64,000 nt of DNA from Patescibacteria group bacterium (GCA_048538215.1 JBLYPV010000001.1:467850-531849); one strand, 5' to 3'; shown: positions 19,483 through 30,421, counted from the first letter of the stretch. The notes: generated by a model from the sequence alone, not told the origin. A program made the numbers and translations.

Positions 19483-21165
19483 ATGGTTGTCCAATTTAAA
19501 GAAACAAAACAAATACAGCGAGTAAAGCGTCTGAGAGCCGAACAAGAAGAACGAGCGGTCAGGCACTTTGCTCAAAAGCACGGCGTGGGCTATGTAAATT
19601 TAGACGTGGTCCCCGTCAACACCAATGCTTTACGGCTCATTCCAGAAGATAGAGCACACGAAGGAGCAATGGCTGCTTTTAATATTCAAGAGCGGAAGAT
19701 TGCGTTGGCTATTAAATCTCCACATAATCCACTAGTACAAGAAGAGGTGCAGAGGCTTGAAGAAAAAAAATTTGAGGTAGATCTTTATATGGCATCGCAA
19801 AATTCCCTAGAGAAAGCATGGAGCCGATATGGGGATATATCTTATGCAGTACAAACAGAAGAAGGAGTGATTGATATTTCTTCTGCTGATGTTAGTGAGA
19901 TTATTTCTCAGGCATCCACCCTTGATAAAGCATCAAAGCTTTTAAAAGAGGCTTTAGCATCCAAGCAATCCTATCGAGTTTCGAAAGTAATAGAAATTAT
20001 TTTATACGCAGCTTATGCACTCAAGGCATCTGATATTCACATTGAGCCGGGAGCCCAAAAGGTACAATTGCGCTATCGTCTCGATGGTATTCTTACTAAT
20101 ATTATTACATTTGACCTAGAAACATATCAGCGGATTCTTTCTCGTATCAAGCTTACTGCAGGGCTCAAGCTCAATATTCGACAGAATGCACAGGATGGAA
20201 GATTTTCTATTAAACTTGAAAATACTGAAATTGAAGTGCGTACCTCCACCTTGCCAGATGCCTATGGTGAATCAATTGTGATGCGTATCCTTGATCCAAA
20301 GTCTATCTCTGTGCCTATGAGTGAGCTAGGGATGCAACAAGACTTACTTGAAAGAATGCGACACGAAATCGCCCGTCCGAATGGCCTCATCCTCAATACT
20401 GGCCCTACTGGCTCAGGTAAATCTACAACCCTTTTTTCTTTCATTAAAAAAATTCGCTCACCAGATATTAAAATTATCACTATTGAAAATCCGATTGAGT
20501 ATCATGTAGATGGGGTGGTGCAAACACAAGTAGAGCGCGAAAAGGGCTATACCTTTTTGACGGGTCTCCGCTCGGCTCTACGACAAGATCCTGATGTCAT
20601 TATGGTCGGTGAGATTCGAGATGAAGAGACTGCCAAAATTGCTGCTAATTCTGCTCTCACCGGACACTTGGTATTCTCCACTCTCCACACCAATAGTGCT
20701 GCAGGTACCTTTGCGCGACTCGTAGATCTAGGAGTATCTGCAGATACGATTACGGTAGCACTTAATGTGGCGATGGCTCAGCGTTTGGTGCGTCGTCTTT
20801 GTCCACACTGTCGAAAAGAAAAACAGTTTAGTGAGTATGGGGAGTATATTCGGCGTATGATTACCAAAATACTCAATGGTATGCCCAACAAGGATCGCTA
20901 TATAGAACAAACAGAAATAGTCTACGAAGCCCAGGGTTGTGAGGAGTGTAATGGTACAGGGTATAGTGGGCGTATTGGTATTTTTGAGGTTATCTTTATG
21001 GACGAAGAGCTCGAGCAATTATTGCGTACCACCACTTCTGAGCACGATATTCAAAAAAATGTACGACGGCAAGAGGTACTTGATATGCGAGAAGACGGAG
21101 TGGCAAAAATATTTGCAGGGACTACCACAGTAGAAGAATTGATGCGAGTGGTAGATTTGGATTAA
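19483..21165 (+). CDS. pilB: Type IV pilus assembly ATPase PilB / GspE family
   Basis: Walker A GPTGSGKSTT, Asp box, His box TLHTNSA, C-terminal tetra-Cys CPHC...CEEC. Confidence 0.9.
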   Translation: MVVQFKETKQIQRVKRLRAEQEERAVRHFAQKHGVGYVNLDVVPVNTNALRLIPEDRAHEGAMAAFNIQERKIALAIKSPHNPLVQEEVQRLEEKKFEVDLYMASQNSLEKAWSRYGDISYAVQTEEGVIDISSADVSEIISQASTLDKASKLLKEALASKQSYRVSKVIEIILYAAYALKASDIHIEPGAQKVQLRYRLDGILTNIITFDLETYQRILSRIKLTAGLKLNIRQNAQDGRFSIKLENTEIEVRTSTLPDAYGESIVMRILDPKSISVPMSELGMQQDLLERMRHEIARPNGLILNTGPTGSGKSTTLFSFIKKIRSPDIKIITIENPIEYHVDGVVQTQVEREKGYTFLTGLRSALRQDPDVIMVGEIRDEETAKIAANSALTGHLVFSTLHTNSAAGTFARLVDLGVSADTITVALNVAMAQRLVRRLCPHCRKEKQFSEYGEYIRRMITKILNGMPNKDRYIEQTEIVYEAQGCEECNGTGYSGRIGIFEVIFMDEELEQLLRTTTSEHDIQKNVRRQEVLDMREDGVAKIFAGTTTVEELMRVVDLD

Positions 21166-21244
21166 GTTTTTAGATACAAATATACATATATAAATATGTA
21201 TACAATAAAGTGTGCTTGCCGAGCCTACCTCACCCAGGTGATAT

Positions 21245-21290
21245 AGAGACTACTGACTAGTGCACGGCCGTGCACTAGTCAGTAGTCTCT
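21245..21290. promoter_or_regulatory. 46-bp perfect palindrome (23-bp arms) between pilB and ruvB
   Basis: AGAGACTACTGACTAGTGCACGG|CCGTGCACTAGTCAGTAGTCTCT read directly. No U-tract follows on either strand, so it is not a canonical intrinsic terminator. Confidence 0.35.
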
Positions 21291-21421
21291 TATGTAATAC
21301 GCCTTTGTCTTTTTATTGTTGGTTCAATTTTATGGAGAGTAGCTTACTTCGGATAAAGATGTTGAAAACTTGGCATCAAAATAAATACATAGATTTCTAT
21401 ACACTTTGCTATACTAGAGGT

Positions 21422-22405
21422 ATGGAAGAATCAAGAGGAGCTACAGCTACTGGCAATAGCAATCTCGACAGCTTGTTGCGTCCAAGCAACTGGGCTGATT
21501 ATATTGGGCAAGAGAACATCAAGCAAAATTTGCGTATTTTGCTCGACGCTTCGCGTTCACGGGGGGATAGCCCAGAGCACTTACTTTTTTATGGTCCACC
21601 GGGCTTGGGGAAGACTACACTTTCTTATTTAATAGCTAAAGAAATTGGAGCTCAGATCAAAATTACCTCAGGGCCTGCTATTGATAAAGTATCTGATCTA
21701 GCAAGTATTTTGACCAATCTAGGCGAGGGCGATGTCTTATTCATTGATGAGATTCATCGATTAAATAAAACAATCGAAGAAGTACTCTATCCAGCAATGG
21801 AGAATGGGACCCTTGATATTATTATTGGCAAAGGGCCTTCAGCACGCACAGTGCAACTCGACTTACCGCCCTTTACGCTCGTAGCCGCCACTACCCGTAT
21901 TAGTTTGCTCTCACCACCTCTGCGTAGCCGATTCTCTGGTGGGGTACACCGGCTCGAGCTTTATGCTGAATCAGACATTGCTCAGATTATTCATAATTCA
22001 GCACGGGTCTTAGGTATGGATATTGCTGATGATGCTGCCCAGGCGATTGCTTGTCGCGCACGATCCACTCCACGTACGGCGAATTTTCTACTCAAGCGTT
22101 GCCGAGATATGGCTCAGCTAGATGGAGTGAGTATCACCCCACGAGTAGTAGAGCGCACTATGCAGATGCAGGGGGTAGATGAGCTTGGACTTTCTGAAAT
22201 TGATAGAGAGCTTTTACGTGTAATGATAGAAAAATTTAATGGTGGTCCGGTAGGGCTCTCTACTATTGCGGCAGCTATTAGTGAAGATCCATCAACCATC
22301 GAAGAAGTTTATGAGCCCTACCTGCTCCAACAAGGGCTCATCCACAAGACACCACGTGGACGCGAAGTGACCCAGGCTGCACGGCATCATCTCGGCTTTG
22401 TCTAG
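21422..22405 (+). CDS. ruvB: Holliday junction branch-migration helicase RuvB
   Basis: Walker A GPPGLGKTTL; sensor and RuvB-C winged helix. Start moved to MEESRG, which has an AGAGG RBS. Confidence 0.9.
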   Translation: MEESRGATATGNSNLDSLLRPSNWADYIGQENIKQNLRILLDASRSRGDSPEHLLFYGPPGLGKTTLSYLIAKEIGAQIKITSGPAIDKVSDLASILTNLGEGDVLFIDEIHRLNKTIEEVLYPAMENGTLDIIIGKGPSARTVQLDLPPFTLVAATTRISLLSPPLRSRFSGGVHRLELYAESDIAQIIHNSARVLGMDIADDAAQAIACRARSTPRTANFLLKRCRDMAQLDGVSITPRVVERTMQMQGVDELGLSEIDRELLRVMIEKFNGGPVGLSTIAAAISEDPSTIEEVYEPYLLQQGLIHKTPRGREVTQAARHHLGFV

Positions 22406-22556
22406 CAGACTGCCCACACAAGAAGGAGCTTTCTTGGTATATAGATCTTTGATGATATACTTCTAGTACATAAAAGAAGCAGAGCATTTTCCTGTATAAG
22501 CCTGGAGTGCTTAGCTTTTACCGCCGCAAGTTGGTCACTTGCATTCACAAACAATT

Positions 22557-23096
22557 ATGGCTGGACACAGTAAATGGCACAACATTAAACATAAAAAAGC
22601 TGCAGCAGATGCCAAGCGGGGCAAGGTATTTACTCGTTTCTCAAAATTAATCTCAGTCGCAGTTAAGGAGGCGGGTGGTGATGTAGATCACCCTAATGTA
22701 CAGACTATTATAGAAAAGGCCAAAAAAAATAGTGTACCAAAAGACAACATAGAGCGCGCTATTAGTAAGGGGCGCGATACCTCGAGTGCCGCGCTCGAGG
22801 CAGTAGTCTATGAGGGCTATGGGCCAGGTGGAGTAGGATTTATTGTAGAGGCAATTACCGATAATCGAAATCGTACGGGACAAGAAGTAAAGCATATTTT
22901 TTCAAAAGCAGGATATAGTATGGGAGTCCCGGGGAGTGTGTCTTGGGCTTTTATAAAAAATGAAGAAGGCGATTGGGAAGCCCAAGCAGATATGCAAATA
23001 GCAACAAGTGAAGATATTCAAAAAGCAGTTGATGAGTTTATCGAGCTCCTAGAAGAGCAAGATGATGTGACCCGAGTCGTGACTAACGCGACATAG
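22557..23096 (+). CDS. yebC: YebC/PmpR-family transcriptional regulator (short form, ~179 aa)
   Basis: MAGHSKWHNIKHKKA N-terminus is diagnostic. Confidence 0.8.
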   Translation: MAGHSKWHNIKHKKAAADAKRGKVFTRFSKLISVAVKEAGGDVDHPNVQTIIEKAKKNSVPKDNIERAISKGRDTSSAALEAVVYEGYGPGGVGFIVEAITDNRNRTGQEVKHIFSKAGYSMGVPGSVSWAFIKNEEGDWEAQADMQIATSEDIQKAVDEFIELLEEQDDVTRVVTNAT

Positions 23097-23099
23097 TCT

Positions 23100-24119
23100 A
23101 TGCAGATTCGTGCTTACAAAAATTTACAAAGGCTCCATACATTTGGAGTCCCCTGGCGTTCAGAAGTATATTGCTCGTTGCACACTTTCGAAGAAGCAAT
23201 CAAAGCTATTCATTATGCCAATGAAAAACACATTGATATTCTTGTGCTTGGTGGTGGATCAAATATTTTGCCGACCAAGGATTGGCAGGGGCTTGTAATA
23301 AAAAACGAAATCGGAGGACGGGCGGTAATGGAAGAAACAAAAGATACTATTACTATCGAAATTGGGAGCGGAGAAAATTGGCATGATCTAGTCTTTTGGA
23401 GTATGGAACAAGGGATGTATGGCTTGGAAAATCTTGCCCTTATTCCCGGCACAGTGGGTGGGGCAGTAGTACAAAATATAGGAGCTTATGATGTAGACAT
23501 TGCGCGCTATATCAAAGCAGTGGAGGTAATTGAAATAGCTAGTGAAAAGAGCTATTGGATGAACACATCAGATTGTAATTTCTCATATCGAAAGAGTATA
23601 TTTAAATCACAGCCAGGAAAATGGCTAATTACAAGGGTTCGTTTAGAGCTTTTGCAAAAGTTTACTCCAGTGTTGAGCTATAAGGCACTAGAGCAAGCTC
23701 TTGGTGGTATTGCATATCCACGCGCACAAGACGTGGCACAGAGAGTAATCGATATTCGTCAGAGCAAGCTCCCTGACTGGCAGAAAATTGGTACAGCAGG
23801 CTCTTTTTTTGCCAATCCCCGTGTAAATGATACCGAGCTCAAACAATTACAAGCCAAATACCCGCAGATTCCCGTCTTTCATAATTATGGCACGAAAGAG
23901 CACACCATCCCCGCTGGCTATCTCATTGAGCACTGCGGGCTGGCAAAAGCAGATAAGGAAAAATTTATATACCCTAAGCATCATTTAGTGTTGGTCAATA
24001 ATGCCAAAAATACTGATGCTATATCTGGCAGAGAGATTGATACCTTTAGTAAAATCATCGAGCAAAGGGTGAAAGACACATTTGGTATCACCCTCATGCC
24101 TGAAGTGGTTGTATTGTAA
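23100..24119 (+). CDS. murB: UDP-N-acetylenolpyruvoylglucosamine reductase
   Basis: FAD-binding LVLGGGSNIL motif and MurB C-terminal domain. Confidence 0.85.
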   Translation: MQIRAYKNLQRLHTFGVPWRSEVYCSLHTFEEAIKAIHYANEKHIDILVLGGGSNILPTKDWQGLVIKNEIGGRAVMEETKDTITIEIGSGENWHDLVFWSMEQGMYGLENLALIPGTVGGAVVQNIGAYDVDIARYIKAVEVIEIASEKSYWMNTSDCNFSYRKSIFKSQPGKWLITRVRLELLQKFTPVLSYKALEQALGGIAYPRAQDVAQRVIDIRQSKLPDWQKIGTAGSFFANPRVNDTELKQLQAKYPQIPVFHNYGTKEHTIPAGYLIEHCGLAKADKEKFIYPKHHLVLVNNAKNTDAISGREIDTFSKIIEQRVKDTFGITLMPEVVVL

Positions 24120-24148
24120 TTGTCTTACAGGCGTAATACAATAGTAAT

Positions 24149-24412
24149 ATGAAAAAAACCGCCACCATTCAAGCTCGGGTACACCCCAAGCTCAAAAAAC
24201 AATCAGAACTTTTGCTTAAAAAGTTTGGGCTATCGCCAAGCGAATATATTAATATGGCTTTGTCACAAATGGTAATAGAGAAAAGGATTCCTTTTTCTGC
24301 CCATATTCCTAACAACAAGACCATCACTGCTATACATAAGGATACTTCTGAGGCCACAGGGTATAGTTCTGTGGAAAAACTAATGGATGACATTTCGCCA
24401 CAAGGTGGGTAA
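24149..24412 (+). CDS. dinJ: RelB/DinJ-family antitoxin (ribbon-helix-helix)
   Basis: IQARVHPKLKKQSELLLKKFGLSPSEYINMALSQMVIEKRIPF matches the DinJ pattern. Confidence 0.6.
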   Translation: MKKTATIQARVHPKLKKQSELLLKKFGLSPSEYINMALSQMVIEKRIPFSAHIPNNKTITAIHKDTSEATGYSSVEKLMDDISPQGG

Positions 24413-24428
24413 TCTAAAACAATGAGAG

Positions 24429-24605
24429 ATGTCTTATACAAAAGTCTTTCTCAAAGATGTAAAGCCTATAGCCAAACGGGGTAAAGACAGAGCTAAATTA
24501 CAAACTATGATTATCTCCTCACAAAAATATGGAAAAGTTGGTGCAAATTGTAAAACATATAAATTGAAAGGAGGTTATTATGGATGTTGGGAGTGTTATA
24601 TTTAA
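24429..24605 (+). pseudogene. Truncated YafQ/RelE-like toxin remnant (58 aa; C-terminal catalytic part missing)
   Basis: My own translation: MSYTKVFLKDVKPIAKRGKDRAKLQTMIISSQKYGKVGANCKTYKLKGGYYGCWECYI*. It matches the YafQ N-terminal two-thirds, stops where YafQ continues with ...HIEPDWLLIY, and ends 8 bp before ruvC. Below the ORF-track size cutoff. Confidence 0.45.
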
Positions 24606-24615
24606 TATTTAAATT

Positions 24616-25107
24616 ATGAAAGTACTTGCAGTAGATCCAGGCTATGATCGAGTGGGCTTTGCACTCGTTGAAACACAGGTGCAAACAAATGGGGCGACAA
24701 ATGAAGTCTGCCTGCACTCGGAAACATTTCAAACGAGTAGAGAAGAAGACTTTAACACTCGTTTGCACCAAGTAGGAATGCGTACCAGAGAATTAATCGC
24801 ACAGTATGCTCCTACACATTTAGCAATTGAAACCCTCTTTTTCTCTAAAAATCAAAAGACTGCAATGCAGGTAGCCCAAGCTCGAGGCACGATTATATAC
24901 CAGGCTCTTGATCTAGGTCTTAGGGTATGTGAGTATAGCCCTCAGCAAATCAAAATAGCAGTCACGGGCCATGGGGGAGCAGACAAGCGGGCGGTTGTGG
25001 CAATGTTGCAACACTTGGTGGCTCTTGATACGCGCACACGGCTGGATGATGAGTATGATGCTATTGCTTGTGCTCTCACCTGCCTGGCCTCTTCTCGTGG
25101 AAAATAG
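24616..25107 (+). CDS. ruvC: Holliday junction resolvase RuvC
   Basis: MKVLAVDPGYDRVGFAL N-terminus and the catalytic acidic residues. Confidence 0.9.
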   Translation: MKVLAVDPGYDRVGFALVETQVQTNGATNEVCLHSETFQTSREEDFNTRLHQVGMRTRELIAQYAPTHLAIETLFFSKNQKTAMQVAQARGTIIYQALDLGLRVCEYSPQQIKIAVTGHGGADKRAVVAMLQHLVALDTRTRLDDEYDAIACALTCLASSRGK

Positions 25108-25168
25108 TGTACAAGTAGATGGCTTTGCTATGGTATAATTATTCTATTAGTAGTTAATACATATCGGT

Positions 25169-25546
25169 ATGTCATTTTTAGGAAATCTATTCGGCTCTCC
25201 TCGAGGAGACGATAGCAATAGCCAAGCTCATGATGCCAAGGAGGCACAGGCAATGGATCAAGAAATTGATGGGGCAGAGGATATGGGGCAATTAGGAGGG
25301 GATGTTTTGAATGAGATAGATGCCACCATTCTCCCTACCGAAGAGAATGTTTCTCCTACTTTAGACCAAGTGGGGGATGTGGCCCAGGCGGCAGAAGATA
25401 TGGCCGAGGAAGGAATCGAGCTTATAGACAAAGAGGCTGGACAAGCGCAAATGCAAGTCGAGGAAGGAGCGATGGATGCACCTCAGAATCTAGATGATAG
25501 TGCTCAGGAGACAGGAAGCTCTCTCGGACATAACGACAGACTATAA
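25169..25546 (+). CDS. Acidic low-complexity hypothetical protein
   Basis: ORF only; highly acidic (D/E/Q-rich). Confidence 0.3.
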   Translation: MSFLGNLFGSPRGDDSNSQAHDAKEAQAMDQEIDGAEDMGQLGGDVLNEIDATILPTEENVSPTLDQVGDVAQAAEDMAEEGIELIDKEAGQAQMQVEEGAMDAPQNLDDSAQETGSSLGHNDRL

Positions 25547-25683
25547 GCTTTACTAGTAGTCTTTCGTCACAGAGCTCGCTTATTCTGGCGAGTTTTGTAT
25601 TTATCGGTATTAATCGAGCTAGCATCTCCCTCCCACTTGTGCGAAAATAGGGTGCACCACTAGGCGCGTATCGGAGACCATCT

Positions 25684-28236
25684 ATGGCAAAAAAACAAAA
25701 AAAATCACATCGAGCTATGCATACACTTGGCAAAATTGCCTTTGGTGTTCTTATCCTTTTTTTCATAAGTGGAGGATTATTTTTTGTGTGGGTAGCTACC
25801 TTGGAGATTCCAGAAGGCAACATTGATGACCGTATAGTAGCCCAATCCACTAAAATTTATGATTCAAGTGGTGAAGTATTGCTCTATGATGTGTTTGGTG
25901 AACAACGAAGGACAGTCGTGCCACTTGAGGAAATTTCTCTAGAAATGCGTCTTGCTATTATTGCTACCGAAGACGATTCATTTTATGAACATAGCGGAGT
26001 GCGTCCACTAGCGGTACTTCGTGCTGTTTACTACAAGCTCCGCAATCCTGAAAGTCGCCTGCAAGGAGGGTCTACCATTACCCAGCAGGTAATTAAGAAT
26101 GCTTTACTTACAAATGACAGAAAAATCGAGCGTAAGGTGAAGGAGTGGGTTTTAGCGTGGCGACTTGAAAATAAAAAAAGTAAAGATGAAATTCTTGAGA
26201 TCTATCTCAACGAGATTCCTTTTGGAGGTCCAGTGTATGGGGTAGAGCAGGCGGCTCGATCTTTCTATGGCAAAAAGGCGAGCGAGCTTTCGGTAGCAGA
26301 ATCAGCCTATCTCGCTGCTCTACCAAAAGCTCCTACTACCTATTTGAATAATCGTGAAAAGCTCGTGGGGCGTGCCAATTATATTATGCGCCGAATGTAT
26401 GATCTTGGTTTTATTTCGTCTCAGGCATACGAAGAGGCGAGAGGGGAAGAAGTCAATTTTATTGAGCAGGTGGATAAGGGTATCAAGGCTCCACATTTTG
26501 TTTTCTATACACTCGAGCGTTTGCAGGAAGAAGTAGATTCAGAGGTAAAAGATTTTACTCGAGGGGGCTATAAAATTTATACAACGCTTAATTGGGAATT
26601 ACAACAAGAGGTAGAGGAAGTGGTAGAGCGCCAGGCCAAACGAGTAGCAGAAAATTATCGGGCTTCGAATGTAGCGGTGGTCGTACTTGAGAATAAAACA
26701 GGCAAGATTCGCGCCATGGTAGGGTCAAAAGATTATTTTGCTGAAGATATTGATGGCAAATTCAATATCACTACTGCCCTGCGTCAGCCGGGGTCTACCT
26801 TTAAGCCCTTTGTATATGCAGCTGCTTTTACCAAAGGATATCTACCCCAAACAGTACTTTGGGATGCGCCTACCGAATTTTCCCAAGCTTGCTTTCCTGA
26901 CGGGGAGCCTAAGAGTGGATCTAATGCTCGTGATTGCTATGCGCCACAAAATTATGATAAAAGATTTCGTGGGCCGGTTGACTTACGAAGTGCTTTGGCA
27001 CAGTCGCTTAATTTACCAGCGGTCAAGCTTTTATATCTCGTAGGAGTATCTGATGCAATGAATTTTGCTAAATCACTTGGCATTTCAAGCTTGAATAAAA
27101 GCCCAAGCTTTTATGGCCTCAATTTAGTGCTTGGTGGAGGAGAGGTGCGGATGATTGATATGGCACAAGCGTACAGTACCTTTGGTAATGATGGAACAAG
27201 ACTGGAGACTGCCTCTTGGGAAGAGCTACAATCCAAAACAGGAGAGATCCTTAGTGAATACGAGGCAAAAAAATCACAGGTGATTGATACACAGACTGCT
27301 CGAATGATCAATGATATTCTTTCTGATAACGCTGCGAAGATGCCTATGTTTGGAGTCAATTCTTCTTTGTACTACAACAATTATGACGTGGCGGTAAAAA
27401 CAGGTACAACTAACAATTATCAAGATGTTTGGACGGCAGGATACTCAAGTGATGTCACCGTAGTAGTGTGGGCAGGGAATAATGACAACACCCCGCTAGC
27501 TCAAAGTCCCTCCTCTAGTGTAGTCGGGCCATTTTGGCGAGAGGTAATGGATGTTGCTTTACAACACTACAGCAACAAGCCTTTTGTTGCACCGAATCCA
27601 GTAAATCTAGAAGAATATAAGCCAATCTTGCGAGGCGATTACCAGAGTACTGCTCTTGAGTATCTTGATCCAGATACAGGAGAAGTGATAGAAAATCCTG
27701 ACCCAAATGACTTAGATTCCTATAGTATGCGTCGTAAATATCATTCGATATTGCATTATGTAAAGAGACAAGATGTACGAGGAGAAATGCCGACGAGCGA
27801 CGAGCGGGATGGTTTATACAAGTATTTTGAATATGGTGTCCAGAAATGGACAACAGAGAATGGCTGGAGTGAGGCTATTATCAGCCCTCCAGGAGGAGGA
27901 GGAGGTGATCACTCTGGAGATAATTCTTCAGATGATCAAGAGCCAGCTGAGCCAGATTTTAATTTCTCTATCAAGAAGCCAGAAGCAGGAAAGCGTTTTG
28001 ATGTAAATGAAACTATTAAAGTCGAGCTCGCTACCCTTGGGAATACTCGTAAAATTGATCGCATTTATTACTACCTCAATAATACCTACCTAGGATCGGG
28101 AGGTAGTCGTATCACTGAATACAGCTTTCGCCTAAGTGACGCACGACGCACACAGGAGATTAATACACTCAAGGTAATAGTAGAAACAGACAAGGGAGAG
28201 CGTATTACCCAGACGAGAGAGATTATTGCCCGCTAA
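25684..28236 (+). CDS. mrcA: Class A penicillin-binding protein (PBP1A: transglycosylase plus transpeptidase) with a C-terminal extension
   Basis: Glycosyltransferase motif EDDSFYEHSGV, RxxTITQQ, transpeptidase STFKP; N-terminal TM anchor. Confidence 0.9.
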   Translation: MAKKQKKSHRAMHTLGKIAFGVLILFFISGGLFFVWVATLEIPEGNIDDRIVAQSTKIYDSSGEVLLYDVFGEQRRTVVPLEEISLEMRLAIIATEDDSFYEHSGVRPLAVLRAVYYKLRNPESRLQGGSTITQQVIKNALLTNDRKIERKVKEWVLAWRLENKKSKDEILEIYLNEIPFGGPVYGVEQAARSFYGKKASELSVAESAYLAALPKAPTTYLNNREKLVGRANYIMRRMYDLGFISSQAYEEARGEEVNFIEQVDKGIKAPHFVFYTLERLQEEVDSEVKDFTRGGYKIYTTLNWELQQEVEEVVERQAKRVAENYRASNVAVVVLENKTGKIRAMVGSKDYFAEDIDGKFNITTALRQPGSTFKPFVYAAAFTKGYLPQTVLWDAPTEFSQACFPDGEPKSGSNARDCYAPQNYDKRFRGPVDLRSALAQSLNLPAVKLLYLVGVSDAMNFAKSLGISSLNKSPSFYGLNLVLGGGEVRMIDMAQAYSTFGNDGTRLETASWEELQSKTGEILSEYEAKKSQVIDTQTARMINDILSDNAAKMPMFGVNSSLYYNNYDVAVKTGTTNNYQDVWTAGYSSDVTVVVWAGNNDNTPLAQSPSSSVVGPFWREVMDVALQHYSNKPFVAPNPVNLEEYKPILRGDYQSTALEYLDPDTGEVIENPDPNDLDSYSMRRKYHSILHYVKRQDVRGEMPTSDERDGLYKYFEYGVQKWTTENGWSEAIISPPGGGGGDHSGDNSSDDQEPAEPDFNFSIKKPEAGKRFDVNETIKVELATLGNTRKIDRIYYYLNNTYLGSGGSRITEYSFRLSDARRTQEINTLKVIVETDKGERITQTREIIAR

Positions 28237-28237
28237 T

Positions 28238-28271
28238 ACAAAAAGCTTCTGTGCCTACAGAAGCTTTTTGT
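28238..28271. terminator. Bidirectional intrinsic terminator between PBP1A (+) and clpB (-)
   Basis: ACAAAAAGCTTCTGT-GCCTA-CAGAAGCTTTTTGT (A-tract/T-tract symmetric). Confidence 0.6.
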
Positions 28272-28294
28272 ATTAAGCAATAGGAGAGCAGAAG

Positions 28295-30421
28295 CTAGGC
28301 TTGAGAGAATACTATTGTATCCTGGTCAAGATCGACTTGGAGGGTAGAGCCTAATTCATTTTCATCAGTATCAAGTAGATAGTCGGCCAAATTATCGAGA
28401 ATATATCTATCTACCGCTCGCTTGAGTGGACGAGCCCCAAAGGCAGGGTCATAGCCTTTTTCAAGTAGAAAATCTTTAACAGCGGGGCTTATTTCTAAGG
28501 TGATACCTTTCTCTTTTTTAATTAAGCTAATAATGTCTCTAATAGCGTAATCTACGATAGTGGAGAGTTGCTCACGGCTGATACGGTGAAAGACGATAAT
28601 ATCATCGAGTCGATTAAGAAATTCTGGACGGAAGTATTCGAAGGCTTTTGCGCGTGCCTTTTCTTCGTCATTGTCTGTCAGAAGCTCTTCGCTACCAAGA
28701 TTGGAAGTCATAATGATAATAGTGTGAGAAAAATCTACCGTACGACCTTGGCTGTCGGTAAGGCGACCATCATCCAAAACTTGGAGCAAAACATTAAAGA
28801 CATCAGAGTGGGCTTTTTCTATCTCATCGAGCAAGATCACACTATAGGGGCGACGGCGTACAGGCTCTGTAAGCTGGCCACCTTCCTCATAGCCTACATA
28901 GCCAGGAGGGGCACCCAGTAGACGACTAACAGCATGACGCTCCATATACTCACTCATATCTATTCGCACCATAGCTTGCTCATCGTTGAATAGTTCGAAG
29001 GCAAGAGTACGGGCGAGCTCTGTCTTTCCTACCCCAGTCGGGCCGAGAAAAAGAAAGCTACCGATAGGCTTGCGACCTTCTTTGAGCCCCATACGCGAAC
29101 GGCGAATAGCCCTGCTCACCGCTTCTACTGCTTTGTCTTGCCCCACAACTCGCCGGTGCATTGCCTGTTCTAAATCGCGAAGCTTTTCTTGGTCACTTGC
29201 AAGCAGGCGACTCGTAGGAATACCTGTCCAGCGCTCGACTACTCCAGCAATGTCTTCAGCAGTAACAGAGAGTCGAATAAGACGATTCTCTTGAGGAATT
29301 TTATCGAGTGTTTGCTCAGCGCTTTGAAGAGATTTTTGTGCTTCAGGAATATCTTTGTATTGTAGTCGAGCTGCTTGCTCGTAATCGGCTTCGCGCTGAG
29401 CTTTTTCCATCTCTTGTTGTAGCTCTTCTAATCGTTGAGCTGATTGTTTCACCTGGGCAATTAAATCTTGTTCGTATTGCCATTTCTTTTTAACTTCCTC
29501 ATATTCTGTTTTGAGCGTATCAAGCTCAGCTTCTACTTCGGCTAATTTTTCTTTACTACTCGCATCCTTTTCTTTTTTTAATACTCGAGATTCAATCTCA
29601 AGTCGAGTAATTTGTCGATTAGTTTGATCAAGCTCGACGGGCATACTCTCCATTTCCATTTTGAGCATAGAAGTGGCTTCATCCACGAGATCGATAGCTT
29701 TATCAGGGAGATTACGATCACTAATATAGCGAGAAGACATTTCTACTGCAGCACTGAGTGCTCCATCGGTAATTTGTACTCCATGATGGAGCTCGTATTT
29801 TTCTTTGAGTCCACGCAAAATAGCAAGTGCGTCTGCTTCGGATGGCTCGCTTACAAATACCGGCTGGAAACGACGCTCGAGAGCGGCATCTTTTTCTATA
29901 TATTTACGATACTCTTCGAGAGTAGTAGCTCCAATCAAGCGAAGCTTGCCACGAGCCAAAAGGGGCTTGAGTAGATTGCCTGCATCTATTGATCCTTCTC
30001 CTTTGCCAGCACTCGTGATGGTATGGAGCTCATCGATAAAAAGAATAATTTGTCCATCCGAATCTTCTACCTCTTTGAGAATACTTTTTAAGCGCTCTTC
30101 AAACTGTCCTTTAAAAGATGCTCCCGCTACAAGTGCTCCTACTTCGACACTTATAATTCGCTTGTCCTTGAGGGATTCAGGCACATCACCTTTGGCAATG
30201 CGTTGGGCCAAGCCTTCCACCAGAGCGGTCTTTCCTACCCCTGGCTCTCCAATGAGTACAGGATTATTCTTGGTACGACGCAAAAGGACTTGGGTGAGCC
30301 GGCGTACCTCACTGTCTCTACCAATTACTGGATCAAGAGCACCATCACGAGCTTGGGCTGTGATATCTTGCCCAAATTGCTCGAGGGGATTTTGATTGGA
30401 TTGTTCGTTGGGGTACTGCAT
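28295..30421 (-). CDS. clpB: ClpB-type disaggregase (two AAA+ modules with a long M-domain coiled coil) lacking the N-terminal domain
   Basis: Two Walker A motifs ([18 protein letters not shown]), a ~120-aa coiled-coil insert, C-terminal D2-small domain. At 708 aa the protein starts right at NBD1. Confidence 0.85.
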   Translation of the reverse strand: MQYPNEQSNQNPLEQFGQDITAQARDGALDPVIGRDSEVRRLTQVLLRRTKNNPVLIGEPGVGKTALVEGLAQRIAKGDVPESLKDKRIISVEVGALVAGASFKGQFEERLKSILKEVEDSDGQIILFIDELHTITSAGKGEGSIDAGNLLKPLLARGKLRLIGATTLEEYRKYIEKDAALERRFQPVFVSEPSEADALAILRGLKEKYELHHGVQITDGALSAAVEMSSRYISDRNLPDKAIDLVDEATSMLKMEMESMPVELDQTNRQITRLEIESRVLKKEKDASSKEKLAEVEAELDTLKTEYEEVKKKWQYEQDLIAQVKQSAQRLEELQQEMEKAQREADYEQAARLQYKDIPEAQKSLQSAEQTLDKIPQENRLIRLSVTAEDIAGVVERWTGIPTSRLLASDQEKLRDLEQAMHRRVVGQDKAVEAVSRAIRRSRMGLKEGRKPIGSFLFLGPTGVGKTELARTLAFELFNDEQAMVRIDMSEYMERHAVSRLLGAPPGYVGYEEGGQLTEPVRRRPYSVILLDEIEKAHSDVFNVLLQVLDDGRLTDSQGRTVDFSHTIIIMTSNLGSEELLTDNDEEKARAKAFEYFRPEFLNRLDDIIVFHRISREQLSTIVDYAIRDIISLIKKEKGITLEISPAVKDFLLEKGYDPAFGARPLKRAVDRYILDNLADYLLDTDENELGSTLQVDLDQDTIVFSQA

